The notes beneath the pieces are model-generated. The model did not search any database, had not been told where the DNA came from, and worked only from the letters and a program-made list of their open reading frames with translations. From an uncultured Acidobacteriota bacterium (GTDB lineage Bacteria; Acidobacteriota; UBA6911; RPQK01; JAPXNP01): a stretch of DNA of 64,000 bases. This document shows positions 50,054 to 59,607 of the stretch, one piece after another. The translations under genes were made by a program, and so were the position numbers. The first letter of the stretch is position 1. Each line of letters starts with the position of its first letter. The DNA lies in assembly GCA_963777605.1 (NCBI GenBank), contig CAVZRV010000008.1:64001-128000 (forward strand), read 5' to 3'.

Positions 50054-51859
50054 TTAGTCCTCACCGATCACCAGTTTCAGCTGGCGGATCCGGTTATTGA
50101 CCTCTGTAAGGCTCAACTCCCGATAGCGAGGCGGGAGGAATCGGTTGTCCGTGCACTCCTTGACAGCAAGAAGATCCATCAACTCCAGGCGATCCACGTG
50201 CGCCGACGGGCGAAAGTCGGCAATCACCTCGGAAATGATTTCCGGGAGCGACCGGGGAGCTGCATCCTCCGCCTGGGTCTCGAATCGCCGCAGGCTCCGG
50301 ATCAGAATCCCCTCCATTTCGTTCCCACCGATCCGGTTGTCGTCGGGCAGCCGGGGCAACTCCTCCGCCGATATCGTCAGCCCGACTTTCCGGGCCATGG
50401 CGTAGAAGAGGGCGTGACGGCTTTCCTCGTCCTGAGGGGGAAACAGGGGAATGTGCACATCGAGCCTTCCCTGCCGCTTGAGATCGACTTCGAGCAGGTC
50501 GGGGCGGCTCGTGGCGAAGATCCAGACGATCTTACCCCGATTCCGGGTGTCGCTCATTTCGCGGGCCAGCATGCCGTACACGCGGCCGCTGAGGCCCGAG
50601 TCTCCCGATCCACTGTCGCGCCTTCCGGTCATCTGGTCGGCTTCGTCAACGAACACGATGACCTGTCCCAAGGCGTGCAAAATGTTGAACACCCGCTCCA
50701 GGTTGCCCTCGGTTGCACCTACCCACTTGTCCCGGAAATTCTTGATCTCGACGACCGGTATGCCGACCTCTCCGGCGAGGCATTCAACCAGGTAGGTCTT
50801 GCCCGTCCCGATGCGGCCGCACAACAGGTACCCCATTGGAATCGCCCGAAGCCGGCCGCGTCTCAGGAGGGCTGCGTCCTCTTTCAGCCAGCGCTTGGCC
50901 TCATTGTGCCCCGCCACATCATCGAGCCGGCGGGTCGTTTCGATGAACTCGATTCGACCGAAAGCCTCCTTCTCAATCGTCTCCTTCTTCACCCTGGTCA
51001 GATAGTCCATGGTGATCCGGAGATTGCCCACCCTGGCGCGCAACAGGAGTCCGCGGATATTGACCCGCGAGAGGCCGACAAGTTTCTCGGCCAGCTGATC
51101 GCGACCGACCTCGCAGTTCTCTTCGAAGGACTCATCCTGGGGAACTGCCTCGGCAACAAACTCGGCGATCTCGGCCGCGTTGGGAAGGTCGATCTTGATC
51201 TTCGCGGAATACGGGTTCTCTACCAGGTTTTGATTCAGGTCCGAGAGGTTCTCGGCGACGAGAACGGTTGCCACCGACGCCCCGGAAATCGCAGGGTCAC
51301 TCGACCAGTCGAGCAACTGGATCAGGTTCTGGCTCAACTGTCCGGAGAGATGGACCGGCTCACCCCGGGGGGCAATGAACTCCACGTAGTCGATTACAAT
51401 AGCGACCTTGAGGGGGTCGGGCACTCGCACTCCGCCGCCGTCAGTCCGGGTTCTGTGCTGGCTCCCCCGAAGGAACCGGGTAATCAGCTCGAGGGCCCGC
51501 TGCGGGTCCCTCGGAAGAAGATTGCTCAGGTCGAGTGCCGACATCCGGTCCGGTCCGGTGTCGGGCAACTCTGCCCAGGCGGTTCCCCGAAACGAGTCGA
51601 ATGACTTGAGAAACTGGTGGAACAGGTCGCCACCCTTGGGCACCCGGATCCCCCGCCCGCGGTCGTAGTCGATGATCACGTCGAATGGATCGAACATGAC
51701 CTGGGTCAGGAACTGCGTCAGGGAGGTGTACTGCATCCTGCCTTCAGACGCCGGAGCGCCCACCAGGTCGAACACGTCGCCGTAAAGAATGAACTGGCTG
51801 TTCGATCCGGACCGGTAGAGCTGACGCATCTCCTCGGCCCAGGCGGGAAGGTCGGCCAT
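50054..51859 (-). CDS. AAA+ ATPase (degenerate N-terminal AAA-like domain plus active classical AAA domain)
   Basis: Walker A GRIGTGKT, pore loop KWVG, Walker B IVFVDEAD, ATSRPDLL and Arg finger KRQGRLD. Confidence 0.9.
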   Translation of the reverse strand: MADLPAWAEEMRQLYRSGSNSQFILYGDVFDLVGAPASEGRMQYTSLTQFLTQVMFDPFDVIIDYDRGRGIRVPKGGDLFHQFLKSFDSFRGTAWAELPDTGPDRMSALDLSNLLPRDPQRALELITRFLRGSQHRTRTDGGGVRVPDPLKVAIVIDYVEFIAPRGEPVHLSGQLSQNLIQLLDWSSDPAISGASVATVLVAENLSDLNQNLVENPYSAKIKIDLPNAAEIAEFVAEAVPQDESFEENCEVGRDQLAEKLVGLSRVNIRGLLLRARVGNLRITMDYLTRVKKETIEKEAFGRIEFIETTRRLDDVAGHNEAKRWLKEDAALLRRGRLRAIPMGYLLCGRIGTGKTYLVECLAGEVGIPVVEIKNFRDKWVGATEGNLERVFNILHALGQVIVFVDEADQMTGRRDSGSGDSGLSGRVYGMLAREMSDTRNRGKIVWIFATSRPDLLEVDLKRQGRLDVHIPLFPPQDEESRHALFYAMARKVGLTISAEELPRLPDDNRIGGNEMEGILIRSLRRFETQAEDAAPRSLPEIISEVIADFRPSAHVDRLELMDLLAVKECTDNRFLPPRYRELSLTEVNNRIRQLKLVIGED

Positions 51860-51862
51860 GGT

Positions 51863-52741
51863 CTACTCCTTCTCCATCTCAGGTGGCAAATCCGGGAGTT
51901 CCGCAACTGAGCCGATCGTCTCGTCTCCGCTCAGCGAACTGAAAAACTCGGAGTGATCATCCATCCAACGGTTGGTTTCACTCATGGTGGACGTGACCGC
52001 ATCGAGCCGGCTCGTCATCAATTCCGGATTTCCACTCACTGCAGTCTCCTCCCGTATGAGCTCAACCTGTTTCTCGATCCGTTCCAACTCGGCGTCGATG
52101 ACCCGCAGGCTTTCCTGGGCACGCTCCAGGTTTTCCAGCCGTCGCCGGTTGATTTCCAGCGTACCCTGCAGCGACCGCTTCAGCGCAGTCTCTTCCGGCA
52201 TCGCGGCAATCCGCTTCTCGACCGTGGCGGCCTCTTTCTTCAACTCGGCGGCGTCGGCCGTGGGAAGGTTCGCCTCGATCAGTTCCTTAGAGCCGAGAAG
52301 TCGCAGGAAGATCGCCAGCAACTGGTTGAGGTTTCGGGTGCGCAGGTCCCGGAACTGACCAAGGCTGTCGGAATCAAGGCTCTCCGAATCCCCCAGGATT
52401 CGCCGGCACTCGGTCAGAAGTGCCCGGTATCGTTCCCGGTTGGAAATCGTCAACCGGGCAACGGCCCGCTCGACTTTTTCTTTCCAGGAGACCTGGGCCT
52501 CCATGAGCCGACTCGCCTCGACCAGATTCTGGAACCGCCTGCTGCTGGCCAGTCCGAACAGCAGCGAGATCTCAAACGCCGCTCCGAGCAGCCAGAAGCC
52601 GGGATTTGCCAGGCCCGCGACTACGAATGCACCCAAGCCCATCTTGTTGATCGGCATCGAACCCAACAGCGGCAATGCGGACTTCCAGTGAAAAGCCTCG
52701 CCCACGTAATCCCAGAAACTGAGGTTATCGGGTGGTTTCAT
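51863..52741 (-). CDS. Hypothetical 2-TM coiled-coil protein
   Basis: N-terminal hydrophobic hairpin and long heptad-rich helical region; ATGA overlap with the ABC ATPase. Confidence 0.8.
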   Translation of the reverse strand: MKPPDNLSFWDYVGEAFHWKSALPLLGSMPINKMGLGAFVVAGLANPGFWLLGAAFEISLLFGLASSRRFQNLVEASRLMEAQVSWKEKVERAVARLTISNRERYRALLTECRRILGDSESLDSDSLGQFRDLRTRNLNQLLAIFLRLLGSKELIEANLPTADAAELKKEAATVEKRIAAMPEETALKRSLQGTLEINRRRLENLERAQESLRVIDAELERIEKQVELIREETAVSGNPELMTSRLDAVTSTMSETNRWMDDHSEFFSSLSGDETIGSVAELPDLPPEMEKE

Positions 52742-53607
52742 TCCCTGCCTGTTTCAATACTCCGAAACGCTCGTGTTACCGAGGCCACCGCCTCCTTGAA
52801 TGCCGTTTCTTCCTGCACGAGCATCGGATCACTGTTGCGGGTCGGAGGGATTACATCATCGAAGACCCGGGCAATGCGGCCTGGCCCGTGATTCATCAAC
52901 CAGACCCGGTCGCCGAGGTAGACGGCCTCGGCAATCGAATGGGTGACCAGGAAAACTGTCGCCTCGACTTCGTGCCAGAGGTTGGTGATCAAGCGCTGCA
53001 TGTCGTAACGGGTGGGTTCGTCCAGCGCCGAGAAGGGCTCGTCCATGAGAATGATGTGGGGCTTCAGTGCCAGGGTCCGAGCCAGGGCGACCCGCTGCTG
53101 CTGTCCTCCCGACAACTGGTGTGGATACTTCTGCTCATGGCCGGTCAAACCAACCCGCTCGATCCACTGCATGGCCCGGTCCTTGATTTCCGACCGGCTC
53201 AGTCCCATTTCCAAGCGATTGAGTTCCAGGCCGAAAGAAACATTGCGCAGTACCGTCAAGTGGGGGAATGAACTGTACTTTTGGAATACCATTCCCCGGT
53301 CCCGGCCCGGTCCGGTCACGATTCTTCCGCGTACTCGCACCTCACCCAGTGTCGGAGGGTAAACATCGGGGAAGCCCTGAATAAGGTTCAAGATGGTCGA
53401 CTTCCCGCAGCCGGAAGGACCGATGATCGAGATGAACTCGCCCGTTCCCGGTTTGTCTTCGACCAGAAAGGAGACTCCTTTGATCGCAGTGAAGGCATTC
53501 GGCGTTCCGGCATCAAAGGTCTTTTCCACGTCGCGGAATTCCACAATCGGTGGAGCCCCGTTTCCGGACGAGACAGAGTCCTTGCTCTTACTCCCCTGAA
53601 ATCTCAT
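52738..53607 (-). CDS. ABC transporter ATP-binding protein (NitT/TauT type)
   Basis: GPSGCGKST, LSGGQQQR, LMDEPFSALD and VTHS motifs; ATGA overlap with the permease. Confidence 0.93.
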   Translation of the reverse strand: MRFQGSKSKDSVSSGNGAPPIVEFRDVEKTFDAGTPNAFTAIKGVSFLVEDKPGTGEFISIIGPSGCGKSTILNLIQGFPDVYPPTLGEVRVRGRIVTGPGRDRGMVFQKYSSFPHLTVLRNVSFGLELNRLEMGLSRSEIKDRAMQWIERVGLTGHEQKYPHQLSGGQQQRVALARTLALKPHIILMDEPFSALDEPTRYDMQRLITNLWHEVEATVFLVTHSIAEAVYLGDRVWLMNHGPGRIARVFDDVIPPTRNSDPMLVQEETAFKEAVASVTRAFRSIETGRE

Positions 53608-54461
53608 GAATGCTGCTCCCGGTACGGGAACAGGTACCGCCCCAGCACGGCCCAGATCCGATCCGTAACAAAGGCCAGGGCGACGATCACCAGGAGGACC
53701 AGGTAGATGTGTTCCCGGGGGCCGCGCCGCTGCGAAATGATGATGATCCCGCCCAGTCCTTTGCCGATATCGACCATTTCGGCCAGGATGATGTAGCTCC
53801 ACCCAATTCCGAACCCGAGGCGCATGGCACTGTAGATGTCGACCCAGGCCACTCCGAGAAGGACCTTGAGGACCACCTGCAACTTGCTTGCCCCGAGAGT
53901 GAATGCGGTTTTGAGATAAATCTCGTCGACGCCGTCCACGGCCTGGACGATCAGGGGCAAGAGGTAGATGACAAAGGCAAGGGCAAGGAATGCCACCTTC
54001 TGGGTTTCCCCGGTCCCGAACAAGCTCAGCGTCAGGGGGACCAGGGCAGGAATCGGCAGGTAGGCACCGAACACCGAAAGGGGAGTGAAGAGGGCTTTGA
54101 CCTTTCCGAAAGCCCCCATCGCAACACCCAGCGGAAAGGCGATCAGGGCCCCGACCGCAAAACCGGTCACCACCCGCCCCAGAGAAATCACGGCATTTCT
54201 GGTCAGGGCCCGGTCGAACCAGAGGCTACCGAACGAATTGGCCACCTCCATCGGGTTTGGCAGGATCGCGGGAGTGATGATCCGATCCTCGGGGCGGGCC
54301 CCGCTGGTAATGAACCACCAGACTCCCACCAGGAGGATGATGGGGACCAGCCCGAGAACCCACCTTTGCCACCCGGGAAGATCTTCCCGAATCTTCAAAA
54401 GATCAGACAACCAGTTCCGGGCAGCGGGCGTTTCCAATTGTGCACTGGAGTCTGCGTTCAC
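53604..54461 (-). CDS. ABC transporter permease (SsuC/TauC type)
   Basis: LPNP, SLGRV, FGTGE, TAFTLGAS and W.YIILAEM motifs. Confidence 0.9.
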   Translation of the reverse strand: MNADSSAQLETPAARNWLSDLLKIREDLPGWQRWVLGLVPIILLVGVWWFITSGARPEDRIITPAILPNPMEVANSFGSLWFDRALTRNAVISLGRVVTGFAVGALIAFPLGVAMGAFGKVKALFTPLSVFGAYLPIPALVPLTLSLFGTGETQKVAFLALAFVIYLLPLIVQAVDGVDEIYLKTAFTLGASKLQVVLKVLLGVAWVDIYSAMRLGFGIGWSYIILAEMVDIGKGLGGIIIISQRRGPREHIYLVLLVIVALAFVTDRIWAVLGRYLFPYREQHS

Positions 54462-54516
54462 CAGCCTTCCTCCCTCTGCTCCAATCCTTGCTCCCGGTAC
54501 TCCCAGTCAAGAGTCT

Positions 54517-56244
54517 TCATTGCTGCTCCGGAGGATAGACCGATACCTCTACCCTGCGGTTGAGCGCGTGATTGTCGGGATCTTCCATGTCTGCTGGTTC
54601 ATCCCAACCTTTCCCTTCCACAATGAACTTGTTCGGATCAAATTTGAACTTCTTTACCAGTGCCGCCTTTACGGCATCGGCACGATCGAGGGAGAGCTTT
54701 CGCACGTCCTCGTCCCTGACGCCTTTCCCGCGCATCGAGGCATCGGTGTGCCCTACAACCGCAATGGTTGCCCTTTCGTATTGCCCCGCCAACCGTCCCA
54801 CCTTCTCGATAGTGGCGTCCGCGGTCGGGTCGTAGAGGGTGTTGGCGATAGGCCGGCCCAGGTCGTCGTGGGTCGGCTCATAGATGTTGGCCGAGTTCGG
54901 GTAGAAGTTGATTCGGATGGTCTGCGTCAGGATCGGGGCTTCCGCCTGAACTCTGGAATAGGACGTCGGGACGAACTGGGTCCGGTACTCATCCTTCTGT
55001 GACGCAAACGCTCCTTCCTTCTCCAGTTGCTGGATTACGCTGAAATCCATCACCTCGTCAAAGCGGACCGGGGTGCCGACCATGCCCAACTCCCGGTAAA
55101 CAAAGGTGATGTTTTTCCAGGTGCGTTCAAAGTTCGCCGCCTCGTTCTGATTCAGGAAGAAGGACTTGTTCTCGGCAAAGTTGGTTGAGTGGGCGTCCGC
55201 GGCCATCCCCTGGACCTCATCAACCGGCATGCCATAACCTTCGGCCATCCACTGGAACGCCTTCGCCTTGAAGGTGTCGTTCTTGAGTTCGTCCATTGCC
55301 TTGAACACGCCGGCAACCAGTCCCTTGATGATCTCCGGATGGTCCTTGGCAAAGTCGGCTCGGGCCGCCCATACGTCGGCAATCAGCTTGTTGGCCTCCG
55401 ACGTCGTGGTCAGGATCCGGGTCCCCGGAACCTTCTCCGGAATGTTGTAGATGTCCGGGGCCCAGGAGACACAGGCATCGATCGATTTGTCGGCGACGAA
55501 GGCGGCAGCCGCCTCAAAGGCCGTTGCCGTGTAGCGATGGTTCACTTCGCTCGGCTGGATACCCGCGTTCAGAAGCAGATTGTTGATGAAGTACTGGGAC
55601 GGGCTGTTCTGGGCGTAGACGACGGTTTTGCCCTTCAAGTCACGAGCCGTTGCGACCGCTCCGCGCACGACGATCCCGTCTCCGCCATTCGACCAGTCGA
55701 CCTGCTGAAAGATCCGGGGCGCCGTCCGGGAATCCCGCATCAGTTCAGGGGCGAACATGACCATCATGTCCAGAGTTCCCCAGAGGATGTGACTCTCACC
55801 CGAAACAAAAGCGTCCCTCGCCACGACCGGGTCGTCGATCAGCTTCAGATTGACCTTGAAACCGTATTCCTTGGCAAAAATGCTGTCGGCGTTCGGGCTA
55901 AACCCGTGGTTGGCCGCCACGATCGGGAGCCAGCCGATCCAGACGTTGATCGGAAACTCAACGATCTTCTCGTTGGCATCCCACTTGTAATTGCTGACCC
56001 CTTGAACGGGGGGCAGCTTCTCTGCCGGCCGATAGGTGTACTCGCTGACCGTGGTGATTCCCACGGTATCGGGAGCTTCGTACTTTCCCATCTGGTTGAA
56101 CTTCGCGAGATCGACATCGCCGGGTCCTGCACCTCCCGGCGCGATGAAGTCCCAGAAGTAATAACCGGCCCCTGAAAAAAGGACGATCACGAACAGAATG
56201 ATGACTATTTTGCCGAGCAGGGTCGGCCCTACTTTCTCCGCCAT
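54517..56244 (-). CDS. Membrane-anchored ABC substrate-binding protein fused to a C-terminal OmpA-like domain
   Basis: N-terminal TM helix; WIGW, DWSNGGDGIV, LKGK and LIAD (type II SBP); GHTD..LSLDRA..NRRVE (OmpA_C). Confidence 0.88.
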   Translation of the reverse strand: MAEKVGPTLLGKIVIILFVIVLFSGAGYYFWDFIAPGGAGPGDVDLAKFNQMGKYEAPDTVGITTVSEYTYRPAEKLPPVQGVSNYKWDANEKIVEFPINVWIGWLPIVAANHGFSPNADSIFAKEYGFKVNLKLIDDPVVARDAFVSGESHILWGTLDMMVMFAPELMRDSRTAPRIFQQVDWSNGGDGIVVRGAVATARDLKGKTVVYAQNSPSQYFINNLLLNAGIQPSEVNHRYTATAFEAAAAFVADKSIDACVSWAPDIYNIPEKVPGTRILTTTSEANKLIADVWAARADFAKDHPEIIKGLVAGVFKAMDELKNDTFKAKAFQWMAEGYGMPVDEVQGMAADAHSTNFAENKSFFLNQNEAANFERTWKNITFVYRELGMVGTPVRFDEVMDFSVIQQLEKEGAFASQKDEYRTQFVPTSYSRVQAEAPILTQTIRINFYPNSANIYEPTHDDLGRPIANTLYDPTADATIEKVGRLAGQYERATIAVVGHTDASMRGKGVRDEDVRKLSLDRADAVKAALVKKFKFDPNKFIVEGKGWDEPADMEDPDNHALNRRVEVSVYPPEQQ

Positions 56245-56328
56245 GGTCCTACTCCTTTGTGACGTTCTCAACTGCGGCGAATCGCAATTTCCTGGCTGCT
56301 TCCACGATAGGCTCCAACTCCAAAGAGC

Positions 56329-57093
56329 CTAGCTCTCGGGCGTCTTAAGACCCATCTCCCGAACGGGAGGCTCGGCAGCGGACTCAGATTCCTGAGGTGG
56401 TGCCTCCGTCGGGCCAAGGTCGAGCCCGTAGGCAGACGCAAACTCGGCCAGGGCCTGGTCGGCCATCGCCTCCTGCTCCGCCTCCTTCAGCTGCACCTCG
56501 CTCATATCAATGGAGGAAGAGGCGACCCGGGCCCGCCCGGCAGCCTTGTCTCTGCGCTCCGTGAGGTATTCCTCGACGCGTGAAATGGTGTCGCCGGTGC
56601 CGCCGATCGAACTGATCATGCCCTGGGCCATTTCCTGAAGTTCGGCCTGGGCCTCCATCAGCTCGGTCTCCGAGATCATCCGCTTCAGGGATTCGATCTT
56701 CGCCCGGGCCTCGGTAACCGCTACTTCCCGCGTCTTCACCAGTTGCTGGTAGGTCTGCTCCTGGGCCTCCAACTGCTGCCGGTTTTCCTCGAGCTGCTCC
56801 TTGACCGTTCGCAACTGGAGCGCGTACTGCCCCGCCGCCGTGCGGTTGCCCGCCTTCAGGTGTGCAGCCGCCTTTCCGGCCAACTCCCGTTCCTGTGTTT
56901 CGAGGTTCTTGACCTGGCGCATCAAGCGCTCGATGAACCCGGCGTGGTTTGCCAGGTTGTCGTTGAACCGGGCAATCTGCCCCCGCAGGTTCTCCTTCTC
57001 CGCTTCGATCAATGCCTGCGGGTTGGCGCGTTCGATGCCCGAAATGAAAAGGCTGAGAAAGCCTTTGAACAGGTTACTGACTCGTCTCCACAT
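56329..57093 (-). CDS. pspA: PspA/IM30 family protein
   Basis: Amphipathic N-terminus MWRRVSNLFKGFL, IERANPQALIE, long coiled coil and acidic tail. Confidence 0.82.
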   Translation of the reverse strand: MWRRVSNLFKGFLSLFISGIERANPQALIEAEKENLRGQIARFNDNLANHAGFIERLMRQVKNLETQERELAGKAAAHLKAGNRTAAGQYALQLRTVKEQLEENRQQLEAQEQTYQQLVKTREVAVTEARAKIESLKRMISETELMEAQAELQEMAQGMISSIGGTGDTISRVEEYLTERRDKAAGRARVASSSIDMSEVQLKEAEQEAMADQALAEFASAYGLDLGPTEAPPQESESAAEPPVREMGLKTPES

Positions 57094-57474
57094 GCCCCCT
57101 CCTTCAGCCTGAGTCCAGACAGACTTCGGTCACACTCGTTCGTCGTAGAGCATGATCTTCCTTCCGGGGTTATCGCTCATGCTCGCCGTTGCTCGAAGGC
57201 GAATCTGGTTCAGACCGGCGCAAGCCCCTGAATCTGCGGAAGAACATATCATCGTTGCCCGAAAAAAAGATACTGGTGGCGGCGGAGTTTTATTCAAGAT
57301 TGTTCCTCGCCATGCTCTGGAAACCGATCAAGGCGGACAGGCCGGGTTAGTTGACACAATCCGCCACCTGCAGCCCGATTAGTGGCACAATTCAGTCTGC
57401 TTCCATCGGACGGAGAGCGACGCCGGGCAAAGTGAGGGTGGCCGGCTGATGGATTGAAGCGGAGGCCTGATGCC

Positions 57475-58428
57475 ATGAGCGAAACCATCGTCTTCCTGAC
57501 TGATCACGGTTACCTGGTGGTGTTTCTCTGGGTTCTTGCCGAACAACTCGGCCTTCCTCTCCCGTCCTCGGTCGTCCTGCTGGTGGCCGGGGCGGCCGCC
57601 GCATTTGGACAACTCTCGCTCGGAACCGTGGTACTGGTGGCCCTGGTTGCCTCCACGATCAGTGACGTCATCTGGTACGAAATCGGCAGGAGACGGGGGA
57701 TGGCGGTCCTGGGACTGCTTTGCAGGATCTCTCTGGAACCGGACTCCTGTGTGCGCCGTACAGAAGAGCGGTTTGCCCGTCACGGAGTCCGCTCCCTCCT
57801 CATTGCCAAGTTTGTGCCCGGCCTCAACACTGCGGCGCCGCCACTGGCCGGCATGTTCCAGATGGGTTTCTGGCGATTTCTACTCTTCGACGTTCTCGGC
57901 GGCCTTTTCTGGATCGGGACCTCCACCATTCTGGGCTACCTCTTCTCCCGCCAACTGGAGGACCTGGTCGGATGGGCGCGCCAGTTCGGGCTCGGAGTAG
58001 GGATCTTGTTGGGGCTTTGCGCGCTCTTGTACGTCGGATGGAAATTCATGCAGCGTCAGCGTTTCATTCGTGAGATCAGCGTTTCGGCGATTGCTCCGGA
58101 TGAACTCAAGCAAATGCTCGACTCCGGCGAGTCTCCGTTGATCGTCGATCTCCGCCACGGCGTTGATATTGCCGCCAACCCCGTTCGACTCCCCGGAGCA
58201 CTGCAAATGTCCCCCTCGGCGATTCGGGATGGGAAGACCCGCCTTCCAGGCGATCGTGAAATCGTCCTCTACTGCACCTGACCGAACGAGGCCTCCAGCG
58301 CCCGGGTGGCGCTGCAACTGAAGCGGCTCGGAATCGAGCGCGTGCGCCCGCTGCGGGGTGGTCTGAACTCCTGGCGGGAACTGGGTTACCCACTGGAAAG
58401 TCAGGTTGAGGGGCACTTCAACCTGTAG
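57475..58428 (+). CDS. DedA (VTT)-rhodanese fusion, probable selenoprotein (Sec at TGA 58279-58281)
   Basis: EQLGLPLP and AKFVPG (DedA); IVDLR..LPGA..IVLYCT-TGA-PNEASSARVA..VRPLRGGLNSW continues in frame to TAG at 58428. Confidence 0.85.
58282..58314 (+). promoter_or_regulatory. Candidate bacterial SECIS element
   Basis: CAGCGCC-CGGGT-GGCGCTG hairpin with its G-rich loop about 21 nt 3' of the in-frame UGA. Confidence 0.65.
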
Positions 58429-58440
58429 AATGGTTCTGAA

Positions 58441-59457
58441 ATGGAAAAGAAAGTCAAAATCGGAGTCGTCGGCCTGGGCTTCATGGGCCTCACCCACCTC
58501 CAGGCTTATCGAAATATGAACAATGTGGTCCTTGCCGCCGTTTGCAGCAGCGACCCGAAAAAGCTCTCGGGCGATTTATCCGGCATCTCCGGGAATCTGG
58601 GAAACAGCGGCGAGAAAATGGACTTTGGAGACGCGGCCCGTTACGCGGAAGCGCTTTCAGTGATCGAAGATCCGCGAGTCGATGCGATTGATCTCTGTGT
58701 CCCGACCGACCTGCACGACAAACTGGCCGCGGCCGCTCTCGATGCCGGCAAACACGTCCTGGTTGAAAAACCGATGGCGCTGAATGAAGACGCCTGCCGG
58801 AGGATGATCCGTGCGGCCGACCGGTCCTCACGGGTCCTGATGGTCGGTCAGGTGCTGCGATTCTGGCCCGAATACCGGGAAGCCCAACGGCTCGTTTCAG
58901 ACGGAACGCTCGGTCAGGTCAGGTACGCGACCTTCAATCGACGCTGCGGAACCCCGAAGTGGGGCGGTTGGCTGCGCGACCCGGCCCGAAGCGGAGGAGG
59001 GGCCTTCGATCTTCTCATCCACGATTTCGACTTTGCACTCTACCTGTTCGGGCTTCCCCGCGCGATTCGAGCCGGGGGCTATTTGAGGAGCGACAATACC
59101 ATCGACCTGGTTCATGCCGATCTGGAAACATCCGATGGAGCCCGGGTCAGGGTTTCTGGCGGCTGGTACCCGGGAGAAGTGCCGTTCGGGGCGAACTTCA
59201 CGATTGCTGGAGACAAAGGGACGCTGGAGTTCACTTCGGCAGGGGGCAAACTGATCCTGTACCCGAACGAGGGGACCGAATCTGTTGTCGAGGCGGCCGG
59301 TGATCCCTTCCAGGGGGAGTTGACGGAGTTCATCCGCTGCTGTCTCGCCGGCAAGCCCAGCACAATCTGCCCGCCCGCGCAGTCGGCCCAGTCCGTAACG
59401 GTCACCAATGCCGCGCTGGTGGCCCGCGCCACCGGCGAAGCCCAAACTCTGGTCTAA
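58441..59457 (+). CDS. Gfo/Idh/MocA oxidoreductase (cytoplasmic)
   Basis: VVGLGFMG, VPTDLH, LVEKPMA, GQVLRFWPEY and DLLIHD motifs. Confidence 0.92.
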   Translation: MEKKVKIGVVGLGFMGLTHLQAYRNMNNVVLAAVCSSDPKKLSGDLSGISGNLGNSGEKMDFGDAARYAEALSVIEDPRVDAIDLCVPTDLHDKLAAAALDAGKHVLVEKPMALNEDACRRMIRAADRSSRVLMVGQVLRFWPEYREAQRLVSDGTLGQVRYATFNRRCGTPKWGGWLRDPARSGGGAFDLLIHDFDFALYLFGLPRAIRAGGYLRSDNTIDLVHADLETSDGARVRVSGGWYPGEVPFGANFTIAGDKGTLEFTSAGGKLILYPNEGTESVVEAAGDPFQGELTEFIRCCLAGKPSTICPPAQSAQSVTVTNAALVARATGEAQTLV

Positions 59458-59463
59458 AGTAGT

Positions 59464-59569
59464 CCAGGCTGCCAGCCTGAGATGTTGACCAGGGCTGCCA
59501 GCCCGGTGCCGCGCCTGAACTCCCCGCCAGGCAAGCTGCCTGGCAGACATACCTGGCAAGGCTGCCAGG
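59464..59569. repeat. Cluster of short GCTGCCAG repeats and hairpins between convergent genes
   Basis: CCAGGCTGCCAGCC, CCAGGGCTGCCAGCC, GCCAGGCA-AGC-TGCCTGGC and CCTGGCA-AGGC-TGCCAGG. Confidence 0.6.
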
Positions 59570-59607
59570 ACTACCGTGGCGCCAGGCGGACATTCCAAGT
59601 GGCGCTA

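Noticed and set aside
50198-51604. Long antisense ORFs (468 aa here; also 39126-40451, 15765-17006, 3763-4884, 13285-14361, 29226-30386)
   Set aside because: They are shadow frames opposite well-supported genes, expected in high-GC DNA, and carry no motifs.
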